From NCBI GenBank assembly GCA_051362555.1, contig CM120641.1:3224001-3288000 (forward strand): DNA of 64,000 nucleotides, given 5' to 3'. The stretch is from Lingula anatina. Its lineage: Eukaryota; Animalia; Brachiopoda. Positions 1-14,300 of this stretch are shown here, piece after piece; the first letter of the stretch is position 1, and each line of letters opens with the position of its first letter. Below the pieces are notes generated by a model that was given only the letters and a program-made list of their open reading frames with translations, did not search any database and was not told where the DNA came from. The translations under genes were made by a program, and so were the position numbers.

Positions 1-3000
1 CCATTTCCAAATGTTTTCTTACCTCCTCATAATATTACAACAGTTATACATCATTTTGATCAAGTTTTCCCATGGCAATGTCATGTATGCAACAATTAAG
101 AAAATCTGCATATTGATATGCATATATTAAATAAGAAGATAAAAAATTCAAGTATGATTAATTTGCCAGCAAAGTTATAACAAAAAAAAGTTATAAAAGG
201 GCATCAGATTGGCAAATATTTAGTAAACTTCTTGTTTTTAATCATCTTGTATGCACACTGTTTAAATCCCATAGCATCTCTACAGTCTTTTATGCATGCA
301 CAGAGGAATGATGCCAACATTTGATTTTAACTATATTCAACATAAATATTTTCCAGCAATATGCAATAGTAACATGCACTTAGTTTTTAGTCTAAGTTGT
401 GCATGAATGATAATAAATAATATCTCGTGCTTTGCAAAAGTTACACTGAAGTTCTTTGACCTTGGTTCTTCTTCACCATCAGAAATATGCATGAGTTGAG
501 AAAAAATGAAATCGGTGCCACGCACTTGCTTTGCCTCTTTGGACACATAGCAAGCATCCAGTGTCAAAAGCTACTCTAATCATAGTTTTCATTGGTTCTT
601 GATATTCTTGCATAATAATGCCACAGGTGAAAAACAAACAACAACACTACCAAACACTGGACTGGCCGCACAAAGCTCAGCATGCTTCTCTTATCCCACA
701 GAACCTTGCATCAACCTCTTTTGTTTTCTTTCCAAATACAAATTGAAATATGGAAAAGCCACCTCAAAGTCCGTTTTAAGTTACAACACATACATATCAG
801 ATATTCTACCTGATCTGCAATATATGGCCCTGCAGCTAATACTGGTGCACCCAGTGAAAGTTTAAGGTTTTAGTCAAGTAAAAATCTTTTACAATGTCAA
901 ACCAGTCAGCACTCACTTCTGGGTTCTTCTTTCATTTGCAAAAATATACTGGCAATTCTCAATATAATGAAAAAAAAAATTGCTGCAATCATAAAGCATT
1001 GAAATTATGTAATATCTTCAACAGAGCATTTGACATGGATTTGTAATATATAAATATAAGCACCATGAAAAACAACAGTGGGGAATCTGTGAACATATAT
1101 CTATTGTTTGAACATGTACCAAGGAAAGTTCTTTTACAATGACTAAGAGAAACCAGCAAAATGTAAACAGCATTGTACTCAAAACCTGCAAGAACATACT
1201 AGAGTGGATTAACAGCAATAAAATGGTATTGTTAATAATTGCAGCAGCTTAACTTTCATATATATTCCATTAACAAAGCTGATTTCTTGAAAACTGAGGG
1301 GGTTTTGGACACTTGTGATAAATAAAAAAATACCTACTCAAGCATGAGGCAAATGAAAGCGATATAGAATGGCTAAAATTTACTTTATTTCACCACTATT
1401 TCTGCATTATATTAAACATACAAAGCTGACCATGGGCCGTTGATCTGCTCACACTACACACTCACTGGCGTGGAGCATATTACGTTTATACCAGTCGTTG
1501 CCCAACAATGCTTCTTTGTCACACTTCGTTGGTTATTTTCAAAGCACGAAAGAAAACATGGTCAGAGCGGCTGAGGTAACGGTCAAGTGTAAGATTCAAC
1601 AATAAAATGCTGTCATGAAATATTGAAAAAATCAATAGAAAATCCTAATAAATCTATCAGATCCAATTAGGTCTTGCAAATCGATTTATTGGATATTTCT
1701 TTACATGTATCAATGACCAGCTTATGATATTTTCATTGAAAAAAAAGAGAGAATCAACCTCATTCTGAAATAACTTAGTAAAAAAATGATATTTGCACCA
1801 GACAAAAGTACTTTAATCTACAAGTTTATTTTCACTAGAGGCATGTTTCCATCCAGTTCATGATCCCCCAGCCCTACTCTCAATGTATCTTGGACCCCCC
1901 TCAAACTGACTTCCCTCTAGAGCCAAATCCCAGGTGAGAGAGGGGTTTGTGAATAAATTGGTATGACCACTAAGCAAAACACAGACGTAAAGAAAACAAC
2001 CATCATGAATCACAAACTTTTTGTTCTTCTGCCTGTTTTCCTCCGCAGTTTTCTTTCAAGGCTAATGTTGCATCAAGATACTTCGCAGCTAATCCAACAT
2101 GGCCATGTTTAGATAGACTACTGATAGAAGAACACACAAAGACCAGGTGAAATGCATTAACGCACCTTAGAGATTTCAAAGAAAAAAACAGATGCTGTTT
2201 GACAATAACGCCCCGTTTCAGCCTGGTTAGAAGCCTGATTGCCCCATGTAACTACATAATGATAAAGTTGAGTGAGAAAATATTTACCCAAATATCTGCA
2301 TGAACTATGGTAATTCTATTATGTAGAGAACGGTCAGAATAAAAAAGGGAGAATTTTCTAGAAAAACTGAATCTCAACAATCATTCATTTTATTGTATGT
2401 GCTGTGAGTTTTAAGTCACTGGAACCATAATATGAGAGAACACCTTATGAATAATGGTGTAAAGAATGCAATGGAACTCTTTAGGGAAGTTTGGTTTATT
2501 AATATCTCATCTTATTCAAAGAAATCAAAACTTTCAAAGAGAAAATATCTCATAACTTTTTTTTTGACAAAATGTATCCCTTCAGTGAGGTCTATAATAC
2601 TATAAATAGCAACCATTTCTTACATTGTTAAACAAAGAGAGGAATTAATTGATCTCCATCTTTTATACTTCAGTGTCAGGTAATCATTCATTAAAACAGT
2701 ACTACTTTAAACTCAGTCAAGATTAAAAGATCTCATATGACAATGGACAGGAGTCTGGGAGAGCTGATCACATCCTATGCACTCTATAAATAGAATGAAT
2801 ATCTTTTTTATCACGTTTCTTTGGTCCTTACACCCAAGGTCACATTCTAGAAAAAAAAGGGGGGGGGGTCCTTTCCCAATTGAAATCAAGCAATATTTAA
2901 CTTCGTAAACTTATTTAAAAAACTCTTCTTTTATATCAAGTCAAATTGCCCCAGGAGGGCAAGGGAAATATTTGCATTCATTTCATTAATGGATCTGATG

Positions 3001-5856
3001 TAAGGAGCAAAAGAAAAACCACTGCGCTGAAAAATAACACCTTAAGCGATGGTAATGAAAAGCTGGAAAATACCACTTAATCCATGTTTATAATCAGAAA
3101 GTACACATTAAGAATGAACAAAAATTCTGAACACTGTGCTGCTCAGTTTGTATAGGATATTACATCAGTTTATGTGGGTAAAGCAATGTATGTTTGGTTT
3201 TATAACATAATAGCAAAGGGGCACCTGCATTAACCCAAATAATGTTGATCAACACACTTGTTATATAGATGCTATATGGTACAGAATTTACACAAATCCA
3301 CTAGTAACCTAACAGAGTGTATAAGTACTTTTCTTGTTTGTCATGTTAATTTTTAGACTGCTTATTTCAAAAGGCAAGAGATTGCATTTGCTTGTTTGTG
3401 AGAGTGAGAAAAACTACTACAATTCTTCCAGTAGAAATGTGTCAGGAAAAAGTACCCATGCTTCTATCTGTTAAAATTTCATTTGTCACTGCCTGGTTTT
3501 TATTTCATTCTTTGTTTCACTATGTTACCTCAGCAAACCAATTGAATAAACTTGTAGCATGTGTTCAGAGAAAGCAAAAATTAGCAAACCAGCTTTCTCG
3601 AGTTACCAAACCAAATATCATTGCAAGTGAAAACAGGTAAAGAATGTATGATTCTTTACATAAAAGTTGGACGAAGCCATTGTTTTTTCTCCTTTCACTC
3701 TGTTAGCATATGGACTGCATATAGTGCTGTAAGTTTACCATTAAATTCAAATAAAAATAGGGAATACAGACTGTTAAAAAAATGATTTTCTCCACTGTCT
3801 TATTTTGATTTGGGTATGTGTGGGTTAGTGCCGTCCACTACAATCTTGGTGTTAACTGATTTAGTACCCCCTTACAGAACAAATAAGTGTGTACTCTAAA
3901 TAAGAAATATTTAATAATTGCCGCCAAATTCAATGGTATCTGACAGTTTTAGGAGATGCCTCTTCATTTTTGCATCGAGCAGAACCTGTTATTTATGGTT
4001 TTACAAATAAAAGGTACTTGAGTTTGCTTCAAAATGATAACAGCTAATCTCTTTCTTGACAACCCAAGTGATCTCTTCCTTTCTCAACCAATATTTATCA
4101 AGATTCTCTTTTTCTTTCCCTTTCCAGGTAATTTTTCCTTGAAATGCTGAAACAAGATCTTCACAAGAGTGCTCAATTTCCAGTTGCTTCTAACAACTGG
4201 TCTTCATAGGATCATTCAGCATTGGGATGACCCAGACCTCAGCTGGCCCATTTGTATTTTTCATCAGATACTACACATGGGGAAGCAGTCTTTTGGCTGC
4301 TGGTATAAATTTCAATCTCCTCCTTATTTGGACTAATACCTCTAGGAATTAGAGGCAGAAGCGTCACCTCCATGAGCATCTTTTTTGTAAAATCAAGTTT
4401 TTTTTAAAACATGTACGGCTGATGCTAATCAAATTTCACTATTCCCAAAAGAAGAAGTCTGTAAGCTGATGCTGCTGGGTCTGCTGCTGTTTAAGCTTAC
4501 AAATGATAAGTTCACAGACTTGTATTATAAAAGAACAGCTATAGGTCTACATGGGTCATATCGATTAAATTTGTTTTTCTAGTCAGTCTCCCTCTCATCT
4601 CATGCCTGTTATAAGCCAATGGCATAACTGCCCCAAAGGTTCAATGAATTATAAGACTTATATCTCCTATTCTGGGAATATTGCAAAAAAGTACTGCATA
4701 TTTTCTTTCTTACATTAACCCCAACCCAAGGACAATTTTGTACATGAACAGATCTTGTAAACTCTAAATTTGGGCTGGATGAAATATTTGTGGAGTTGAG
4801 TCAACAAGGATCATATCAGCCAAGGTTACACAGGACAAACATAACCTTCTTAGACCACACGACAAAAGAGGAGGGACAAATGCAGTTGCCCGCGTTTCTA
4901 AATAACAAATTGACATGCACAAGGTTCAGTGCAGACTCAGGGTCGTTGACATCCTACCCCTTCTCACACGCAATGCAGGGCAGTGTGGTGGGGCACCTAT
5001 GTAATTTTAGCATCATATTTCTTCTTTTACTATTTTAAAGAATGTGATTTTGAGCTCAAACTGGCTGATGCACACCCAATGTTTAGATACAAAAGAACAA
5101 CCAATGGGTAAGGGAGCGTTACAACTCTCTCCCTTTTTGTCTTAAGTATTACATAAACATTTCACCACCTTGGATAACACCAGTTGTTGACACAGCCCTT
5201 GTAAATGAGAGAAACAACAACCTACATTGTTTCATTACAGGTATCAGCCTCCTTCAAGCATACAAATATTGGGCAATTGATTTTTATATCAACACCTGTG
5301 AAGGGCCATACACTACACATTACCCATGACTTACTACAATACATGCCTCTTAATGCCCTCATTAAAAGGGATGATTTATTTGCCCACAATATGCTTTTGT
5401 ACTATTTTGTAAATAAAAGACCCATGTAACTTTTTGTGGTGCATGTATATATGTGGAATATAATCCACAGATAGAGTTATAGTCTTGGCACTGGATGTGC
5501 CTTCAGTCTCTATATCAGTTTATTAATGCATAGCCTATTAGTCAATAATATAATTTCAAGGTATTGTAATATAGTGTTGATATTGTAAACACATCTTCCC
5601 CTTAATCTATCAACAAAGTTGTGGTCAATGTCTACACTCATCCAATATTTCAAAGTGCCACAAATGTGTCTATAATTAGATAAACAAGCTCAAAATTGTT
5701 GTACAGAAGTATAAATAATATTTTTAAGGTATAAATAGTAGCCAGATGGGATGCACCCTTACCCCCACCCAAACCACGCCCACCAATCTCCATTCTGACC
5801 ATCCTCACATACACAATGCATAAATCCACAGAGACAGCAAAAAAATAGATAAAAAT

Positions 5857-6173
5857 CAGGCCTACCCAACTACCAGACTCAGCACCGAATGATCCTGAAT
5901 TCACCGGTAGATCAGACCACACTACCCGTTTTCAAGGTGTGTGTCAGATCGCATTACACAGTATCAGACGCGACACCGCTCTTGCCTAGTACGCGATGTG
6001 ATAGTGACGATTCTCAGCGGGGTTGAAAAGCATTGTATCACCACTCAAAATTTGTTCAGGGTATGATACAGTGTAATGCGATCTGACACACACCTTGAAA
6101 ACGGGTAGTGTGGTCTGATCTACCCGTGAATTCAGGATCATTCGGTGCCGAGTCTGGTAGTTGGGTAGGCCTG
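5857..6173. mobile_element. MITE, 317 bp, 110-bp terminal inverted repeats, CAGG...CCTG ends, 5-bp TSD AAAAT
   Basis: 5857-5966 is the reverse complement of 6064-6173 with 3 mismatches; AAAAT flanks both sides (5852-5856, 6174-6178). Confidence 0.9.
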
Positions 6174-9100
6174 AAAATGTGTCATAAATAATGCCCTAAC
6201 ACAGATCAGTGTAATCCATTTGAGACAGTTGACTGTCGTCACATTTGGAGTGAAGCACTTTTTATCCAATACAAGTTTTATATAACACATACTCATTCCC
6301 ATAAGGCAGTTACCCTTTTCACTATTTTGCTGCCTTAGTGCAATAAGCTAAGGGTGAGAGTGCATTTTCAAAGTATTAGCCTTATCTACAATCAGTTGTA
6401 GAATGTGTGCTTCTTGAAACGCAATGCACTGGATACAAATTGAATCCTGTTAAAAACTACCAGAAAAACATGTGCTCTGACCAGAATAAACCTTGAATGC
6501 TACTAAATAAGCTAATGACATAAAGAATCGATGAATAATTTTCTCTTGCCTGGGCTCCATCATCTGCGTGAAATTGTAGTTAAATGGAATCAGTTTGTCC
6601 AAAAGGAATGAATAACCTTCATCATTGGGTGTAAATAACGACAGGCAATTGTGACAGTCAATAAATGTGAATACCTGCATAAAAAGCTTCACCTTACTCG
6701 CAAAAAAAGTCTTCTTTAATTGGACAAAAGGGCTAAAATAATAAGACTGAAAATAGAAATGCTATGTGAGATATTATACTGCATTCAGGGCACACACTGT
6801 CATGGTTTTATTCTAAGATAATTTAAATATCATCAGACACAGCTGGCTGTGGGTGGTCGGACAGTTCTAACAGATATATCACAGCTATTAATTAAGTGCA
6901 CTGGTTTAATTAAGCCCTTCCTTCTGAAATCCCTCATGGAATCTTCAGATAATTCTTATACAAATAAGCTATGATGTGCATTGCTTCTCTATGGCATATC
7001 ATTCAGGACATCCCTGAATACTCTAAACAAACTGACTAGATAGATGGTCCGATTGAATTTGATTAAGAACCTGTCCATTCTTTCAGCTAATGAGCTCTTT
7101 ATTTGACAAAATCAGAGAAACTTCATTTGATTGAAACCGACAGGGAGGGGAAGGAATTAGGGCGTGAAGGCAGTGGATTCCTTCTTTTTTTCCGTTCTTT
7201 TCTCTTTCTCTATTCATTGATATTTATATTTTTCATATAAATAAATCAAAACTGAGTTACTGCTGTGATTCAAATGGCTAAAATCTTAATAGTGAGCAAT
7301 TGCGATCGTCACCATGTGTTACCCTGAGGGGCTACCAAGGAGGTCTCTGGATTTTTTTTTGAGTGTACTTGAGAGTTCAGTGTTTGTTGCAAAAAATACT
7401 AAGATGCAGCAGTAGTGATAATTAATTTATTAAACTTGTCCAACCTTAAGGTTTTCAGCATCTTGCCTGGTACTGCACATAATTAAAAAGCACACACTTG
7501 TGACACTCAAAGTGTTTTTGTTAAAAATTAAATGCACTGCATTGCTTCCTTAGATAATGAACCCCTCACAAACTGTCACTTATTTTTTTCCAGAATTTTT
7601 CAATCCACTTACAGAAAATTCAAAATACAAAATATCTACAAAGTAAGTAGGGAAATACAGGAACCTTGGTCACCCCAAATACATGTCATATCATTCTTGC
7701 AAACTGACCTCAAGTACTTTTTGAAAGTCAACTGTTGACGCTAGAGACCAACTCAAATTACCTGTTACTTGATGCGAGTTAACTCTATCAAAAGGGATAC
7801 ATTTCATACACATTATTTTACGTGAAAACTTATAAATTACCATAGAATGGGCACCATTGAGCACCCTGAACTCTGATTATGAAAAGCGGCCCAGGTTATC
7901 AGACTCACAATTGTATTTTCCTTGGACTATTGCCTAAGTGTGCTATGGCCAGAACCCCTTCTCAAAGCTATGGGGTCTTTCACAGTATTCATTAGTGTGT
8001 AAAAAGTTTGTAGACTGGCTCTTTGCAAAGTGTGGTGTGTAAATACCACATTTCGGGATTAGTATTACATATTTTCGTCTTTGAATGGGTATACAAAAGG
8101 CAAATCGTAAGCAGATCAGCACCTCAGTACTGGTCACAAAGGGTCAGTCTTAGTGACCTTATGTCAAAGGGGCTCACAATGAAAAAGTAGCCCAGTCCAC
8201 AGTATGACTTTCAAAGTGAAATTGCCTCAGTTTCATACATGACGTTTTAAGCAGGCATGGGTCTCTATTAAATAAACATCCCTACGTGAAAAATGTGGCT
8301 CAATCAGGCATAACAGCCCAGGATTCCATGGCAAACAACCAAATATTTACTTATTTTTGACTGTGGAACTAAAGACCTTAAATTATGTAAATTTCAATGG
8401 GGGTTGGATTTAGGTCCCACAATACGCATTCTCTAGAGCAAGCCATGTGAAAGTCACGTACCTGAAACATTAAAGTGGTTAGAGAACAACAGGTACAAAA
8501 ATGGGCTTAATACTCAACACAAACAAAAAAAATCAAAAAGTAAATATTTCCTTTTCAGATATAGCAGGCATGTTGTACAACTTGGACTGACCTATTTGAC
8601 TTTTTCATACTGGGTGGTTGATGAGGTAATGCTATGTATCCTTGTCATTTGACAGTTATTGCGGGTAAAAACATGACTACACATTGTTAAATTGTGCCAA
8701 AACACCGACACCTGCCTCAACGTACACTATGTGACACAAAGACAAGTAATCTACCATAGCTCTATTACTAGTAAAGAAATGCACTGCCAGTTTTTGCCCG
8801 CATCCTTCAGAGGGTGTACTGGTCAATTATGGGAGGTAGATTTAAATTTATGGGGAGGGGAGTTATAACACTTAATTCAAAATTGAACAACTGGGTTAAT
8901 GATCAATATTCTATCTGGATAATTTTTTTTTAATTTGATTTGTCTACATTTTATACTTGGGACATTTCCCATGTTTTCCTATTCAGTCTTTTCTCAAATA
9001 TCAATCCAGATATATATATAAATCAAAACATAATAGGACTTACTGACATACTGATATCAATACAAACGATAGGTGTAATCTTTAAACACATCACTAGGGA

Positions 9101-11367
9101 ATAATGACAGAGACATTGTAATTGAATAGTCACAGCTGAGTGGACACAACATGGGGACCTCTGTATTCAATTTCATCCACTTTGCACAGCTAATGTACTT
9201 AGAGGGATAATAAATGATTTAAATTACAGCAGTAAGGTCACAAAATTCTATTAAGCTCTCCAGTGCGTCTGAAACAGAGGAGCAATGTAGAAACCTAAAA
9301 CTTTACTGGAATACAACACTTATAATTCATTTAGGGACATAAGTCGTTTCACATACTGAATAGAAAGGAGTTCATAAAAGTGAACTTCTCTTCTTGCAAC
9401 ACAAATCAGACAAAAGACACCACAAAACGTCTCATCTTCAATACTAAATGCCACCACAAACTGCGCTGTCCTTGTTGTTCAAAAAGGTCATGTTTGCCAA
9501 TACGTTGCTAGGCAACATATAAACAGTTCTATCACCTTCACTATTGAGAAAATGACAGCATGCACATAGGTTGAGAAGTGGGAAGTGTTGTACAATCTGT
9601 TCAACAACATCTGCTCATTAATGGAAGTGTAACATCTTTTTCTATTTCCTTGATACACCTAAGTTGGAACAAGCTATGTAATTAGTATATCTTCGTAAAT
9701 AAACAAGCTTTCAAACACCTAATATTGAACAACTCCACCTTATTAGAAATCCATACATAATCAGCAAACTATTCGGGCAAATGCCAACTATAAGCAAACT
9801 AATCCCCTTGCATAACAAGAGCCGGTCAACGATTAATAAAACAATACAGAATCCAGATCAAACATTGGTAATCAGTTTACAGAGCTGATTGATCTTTGAT
9901 CTGCGCAGATCGCAAACCACTCTGCTCCATAGCCTCCAGGTTTAGATCACAGACATCCACATTACTTCTGGCGACAAGAACTCAAAGCATGTGTTCAAAA
10001 AGTATATATTAATATTTGTTCTATCCTATCCTCCCCTCTTGTCAATGTAGAGGTTTGATAAGGCTTTTCAAATACCTTTATCTTTTCACACCTAGTTACT
10101 GATATAAAGTGGAGGCTTTGCTTTCAAGTCCCTTGAAGGATTTACAAGGTTCTGTCACATTTCCACATTTACAGACTTACAGACAACTGTGAAATAATCA
10201 CTTAACTTTCTTATTATCTCTGATGTAAGAAAGTATGTGTTGACTGGGTATTATAACTTCACAGTGCATCTAAGAAATATCCCTGGGTCTTTTGTTGAAA
10301 TGTGATATGTGTTTCTTGTTTGGAGGATTAAAATTTTGCAGTTTTAAATACAAATCCATTCCTTTGCTAAATAATGGCTGATATTATATCAGGATTTCTA
10401 ACCACATTCAATTACAATTCAGGGTTCCCTTGATTCAATATTTAATGTGAAAGATGAGTTGAGGAGACAAACTTAACCTCAAGCTGAAACAAAAGTGTAG
10501 GCTGAGCTTTTCCCTCTTCTGGTTGAAAACAAGGTAAATACGGCTCAACTCCCCAAACAGCCAGGAATGCAGGTAAATGGGTGAGGTAAACACACAGTTC
10601 AAACACCCCTATCCTGGGATTAAGGGTCAAGCCTGCCTTTTTCAGCTACCTATTAAAGGTTATGAAACCCCTAACTTTAAACTGTGATTTACCAGCAGTT
10701 TGAGAGCAATCAAAGATAACAGTTCTATTCTTAAACTCCCCTTTTTTTGAATGGCGAAGTTTTAACTCAGCTAAAGCATGACCCTTTTTCTAGTCGATTT
10801 GCCTTTCTGATTCTCTTCTCTTGCCAAGGAATTTGTTCTACTGGTCAATAGAATTAAAGCAATGATATCTCAATGAGTCAAGTTTACTCAAGGGTTTTAT
10901 AGTCTTCAGGGTCTTGCTGAGAGGGGGGTAGAATAACACAGTGGACATACACGCCTACAAGTCTGAATGCAGTAAGGATAATATAAATATTTATTTTATA
11001 ATCTTAAATATCTCACCAAATCAAAGAAGGGATGAGTGAACTGTAAATAACTGTATAATGCGCAGTAACAAGGCAGCACAGTCAAGTGACTTCCTTCTGC
11101 ATTGTAGTTCCCACATCAAATATTCATAAATTATTTAAAACTGCTGTTCTTTTGTTTGGATTAAATATAACTCATATATCCATAGCATCATTTAGCCTTT
11201 CTCATTAAAATAACAAATTTATATTATTTGTTCTCCAATTTACAATTGTTTTGACTCCAATACTGATTTGATTCAAAATAGGAAAAACATTTCTGGAATC
11301 ATTCAAGCCAGTAAATGGGGAATTTATTGATCTGTTAATTATGAATTTAGAAAACAACATTACTTAC

Positions 11368-14300
11368 CAGTTCTTGGGATGCATAGTCTGGCAGCTTGGA
11401 GTCCACAGACCAGTAGGCATAGTCAAAGACAAAGTGCTTCACTTTATCACGACTGTCTCCATACTCTGTCTTGTCAGCATCACCAAGCTGAAATTAAAGG
11501 CACAATTAACATAAATTCATGGGAAGAAACTGAAGAAATATTTGATTTCATCAAATTCTATCTAATATCAAGTTACAAGCAAATAATAATTTGCATCTCT
11601 ATTGGCTTGGTATTCTTGGTATCCCCAACAGTAATCTTTATCAGTTATATAAGATTTATATAATTTCTAAGTCCATTTTATTCAAAATATTCCAACTTGA
11701 TACAACAAATAAATGTTTGCTCTTCACACACTTGTCTCATAAAATATATCTTGTTTTACGTAATCTGTCTATTCCACAAAACACTAACAAATGGATATAA
11801 ATTGCTACACATAAAACAACTTGGGTCAACAGTAATTTATCACCAGCAAGATGGAAAAGCTTTCAGCAACCTAAAGGGGGCATCATAAAATATACAAAAT
11901 AAGGGTGAAACTACCGTTTTTGAATTCTTGCAGCCTAAGTTATGTATTCGACCTTATGCAATTGTGTAAAATATCTATATATCCCTTTTTCATGAGACAT
12001 TAAATGGTTTCTGTTGCAAATAAAATGTAACCACCTTATTCTGCTATAGAGTAATGAAAGCATTGATCAGATATATTGCTTTTGCTGTTGTTGAGGGGGT
12101 GCATGAAGTATATTAAGTTATGGTTATTGCTCTTTAAAACAGCGTCAAATGACATTACTCTAAGGCTTAGTCTGATTAACATATTTTATTTATTCAGAAA
12201 AATTCCTGGAAAAAAGACAGAGAAAACCTGATGATTAATTAGTATAATTTAATTTTGTTAGTTCATCAAACCTATAAGAAACATTTACAGATATTCTACT
12301 TTCACTTTTAATTCACTTTCCATTTAATCCTTTATGACCAGGGAAGCCATAGGAATGTTAACCAGTAAAATCTTTTCAAAAATCTATTAGTTTTTTTAAA
12401 TACAGTTATCATCACATGGGGCTGGGGAGTGGACAGAAGCAGAGGAGGTGGTGGTGGTGGTGGGGGGGGGGGGGGGGGGCAGTCACCTCAACATTTCACC
12501 TGAAATTGAAAAATCCTGAAAAATTCACTGTAACCCTCACATATGCAAACTTCCCTTTTTCCCCCCAGAGCTCTTTCACCCTCTATCCTATCTGCTAACA
12601 ATGATTGCTCCCATGGGGATATATCCAGTAAATCTCATCACTGGAGTCTGTTTACTCAACAGGACAAAAGCCTTTAAACCAATTAATTAATATGGTAAAA
12701 ACTAGTAATAACATCAAGTTTTCTGGTTCAATATCAACAATGACGTTCTGCAAATAGCACCAGAGCCAAATACAAGATAACTGGGCTATTTTAAGTTTGT
12801 TTGGTCTGTTTTTCAGTCTCCAGTCGGGTCAATACCGGAAACTTTAGATCAATGTTTTATAAGGTAGCATGCTGTCTTTGGTATGGGCATGAAGAGAACC
12901 CATGAACTTCTTTGTCTGAAGGCTTCAACTTCTGAGAGCAAACTGCAAATTGCAGTTGTTTGAACTTTGAAGTTTTTGTTTGGTGCGATGAGAAATGTAT
13001 TTACCTCCTGCACATTTAACAAATAATAATCTGGAATTTCTATTCAGATTTGTATTTTGAGAACTATAATTTGCTCTAAACCCAAGAGGTTCAAGCACAA
13101 GTACAAATGAAAAGATTTCATAATTTTGATCTGACAGACAGATTTAAAAAGATGTCAATTTATTAGCATAGTTTTCTAAAGTAGCCCCTCAGATGTTCTC
13201 ATTTTATCTTGAATTCTTTAACAAACTATTACAATGGTGAGTAGTGTATTTTCCTTTATTATCCATCATTGCATCCCTACAAGAATAATTAATGCTCATA
13301 CAAGCAGGCATTTTTAAAATAAATTTGTAAACCAATTTTTTCTTGCAATTTCTCAATCAACTTTGAAAAAAAAGTACACAGTGACATACAAATGGAGTTT
13401 GGTAACTAAGCGCAGACCAAATCTAAATCTATTCTCCAATGCTGCTTAATTTCACTTTCAAATCAAAATGCCCCCAGTTCCATTAACACCATCTATCTTA
13501 CTGGACCTGGCCTGTACAAGCCCATCAATCAGGATCATCAGATCAATAGAAAAATAGAGTCTACAGGGCTAGACACATATATACTTTAAGAACTGAAGGT
13601 TGTTAAGATGCTGATCAAATGCCATTAAAAGAACCAGAATCATGTTAACTGGTAATTTCTACTTCCATGGAGGAAAATTCAAGGTAGGAAAATTGTAATT
13701 CATCATCCAAAAAACATAATAGATCAACTCTTTTGCTGTCTAACTTAATCAAAGACAGCTGAGGCAATAAATCTTTTCTTTCACCTCAGTGCTTTTTCTT
13801 TCTGTTCAATGTTGTTGAATAGAGGAGAGGAGAGTATTGATCTCATTTTTTTTTCTTTGTAAAGTTATCTTGGTAAATTGTGGAACTATTTCAACATCTT
13901 TAAAAGTTTGTACCAAATTTATTCTATCTTTAATCTTTTATAAATGTTTTAAAATATGCATCTTTCTTGAGTAAAATGGTTTGTTTTTTATGAATAATTT
14001 CTCTCTCTTTTTTTTTCAAGATTTCAGCCTAATCGGTCTGAAATGGTATTCTTAAACTTCCAGCTCCTAGTCCCATCTGTTTTACTGTTCATTTGAAGCA
14101 ATATTTCTAGACATGCAGATTTCCATGTTAGAGTGTCAAGTTTTTCTACATCTTGTAACCCAAAGAAAATAAATGAAAAACCTTCCAGTGCACGAGGCAG
14201 AAATCGAGACATGACTGCTTCTTTCAAAATAACGCTTTTAAAACATTTTCTTCCATGCAATTAGCCACAACACGGAAACTGCTTAATGTTTTTGAAAAGT

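Noticed and set aside
7780-8520. Possible decayed DNA transposon sharing short motifs with ~38230-38280
   Set aside because: Only 12-15-bp matches, and no termini or TSD could be defined.
1-11367. Expected kinesin P-loop exon (AYGQTGSGKT)
   Set aside because: Not found by eye; it probably lies left of the window beyond a long intron.
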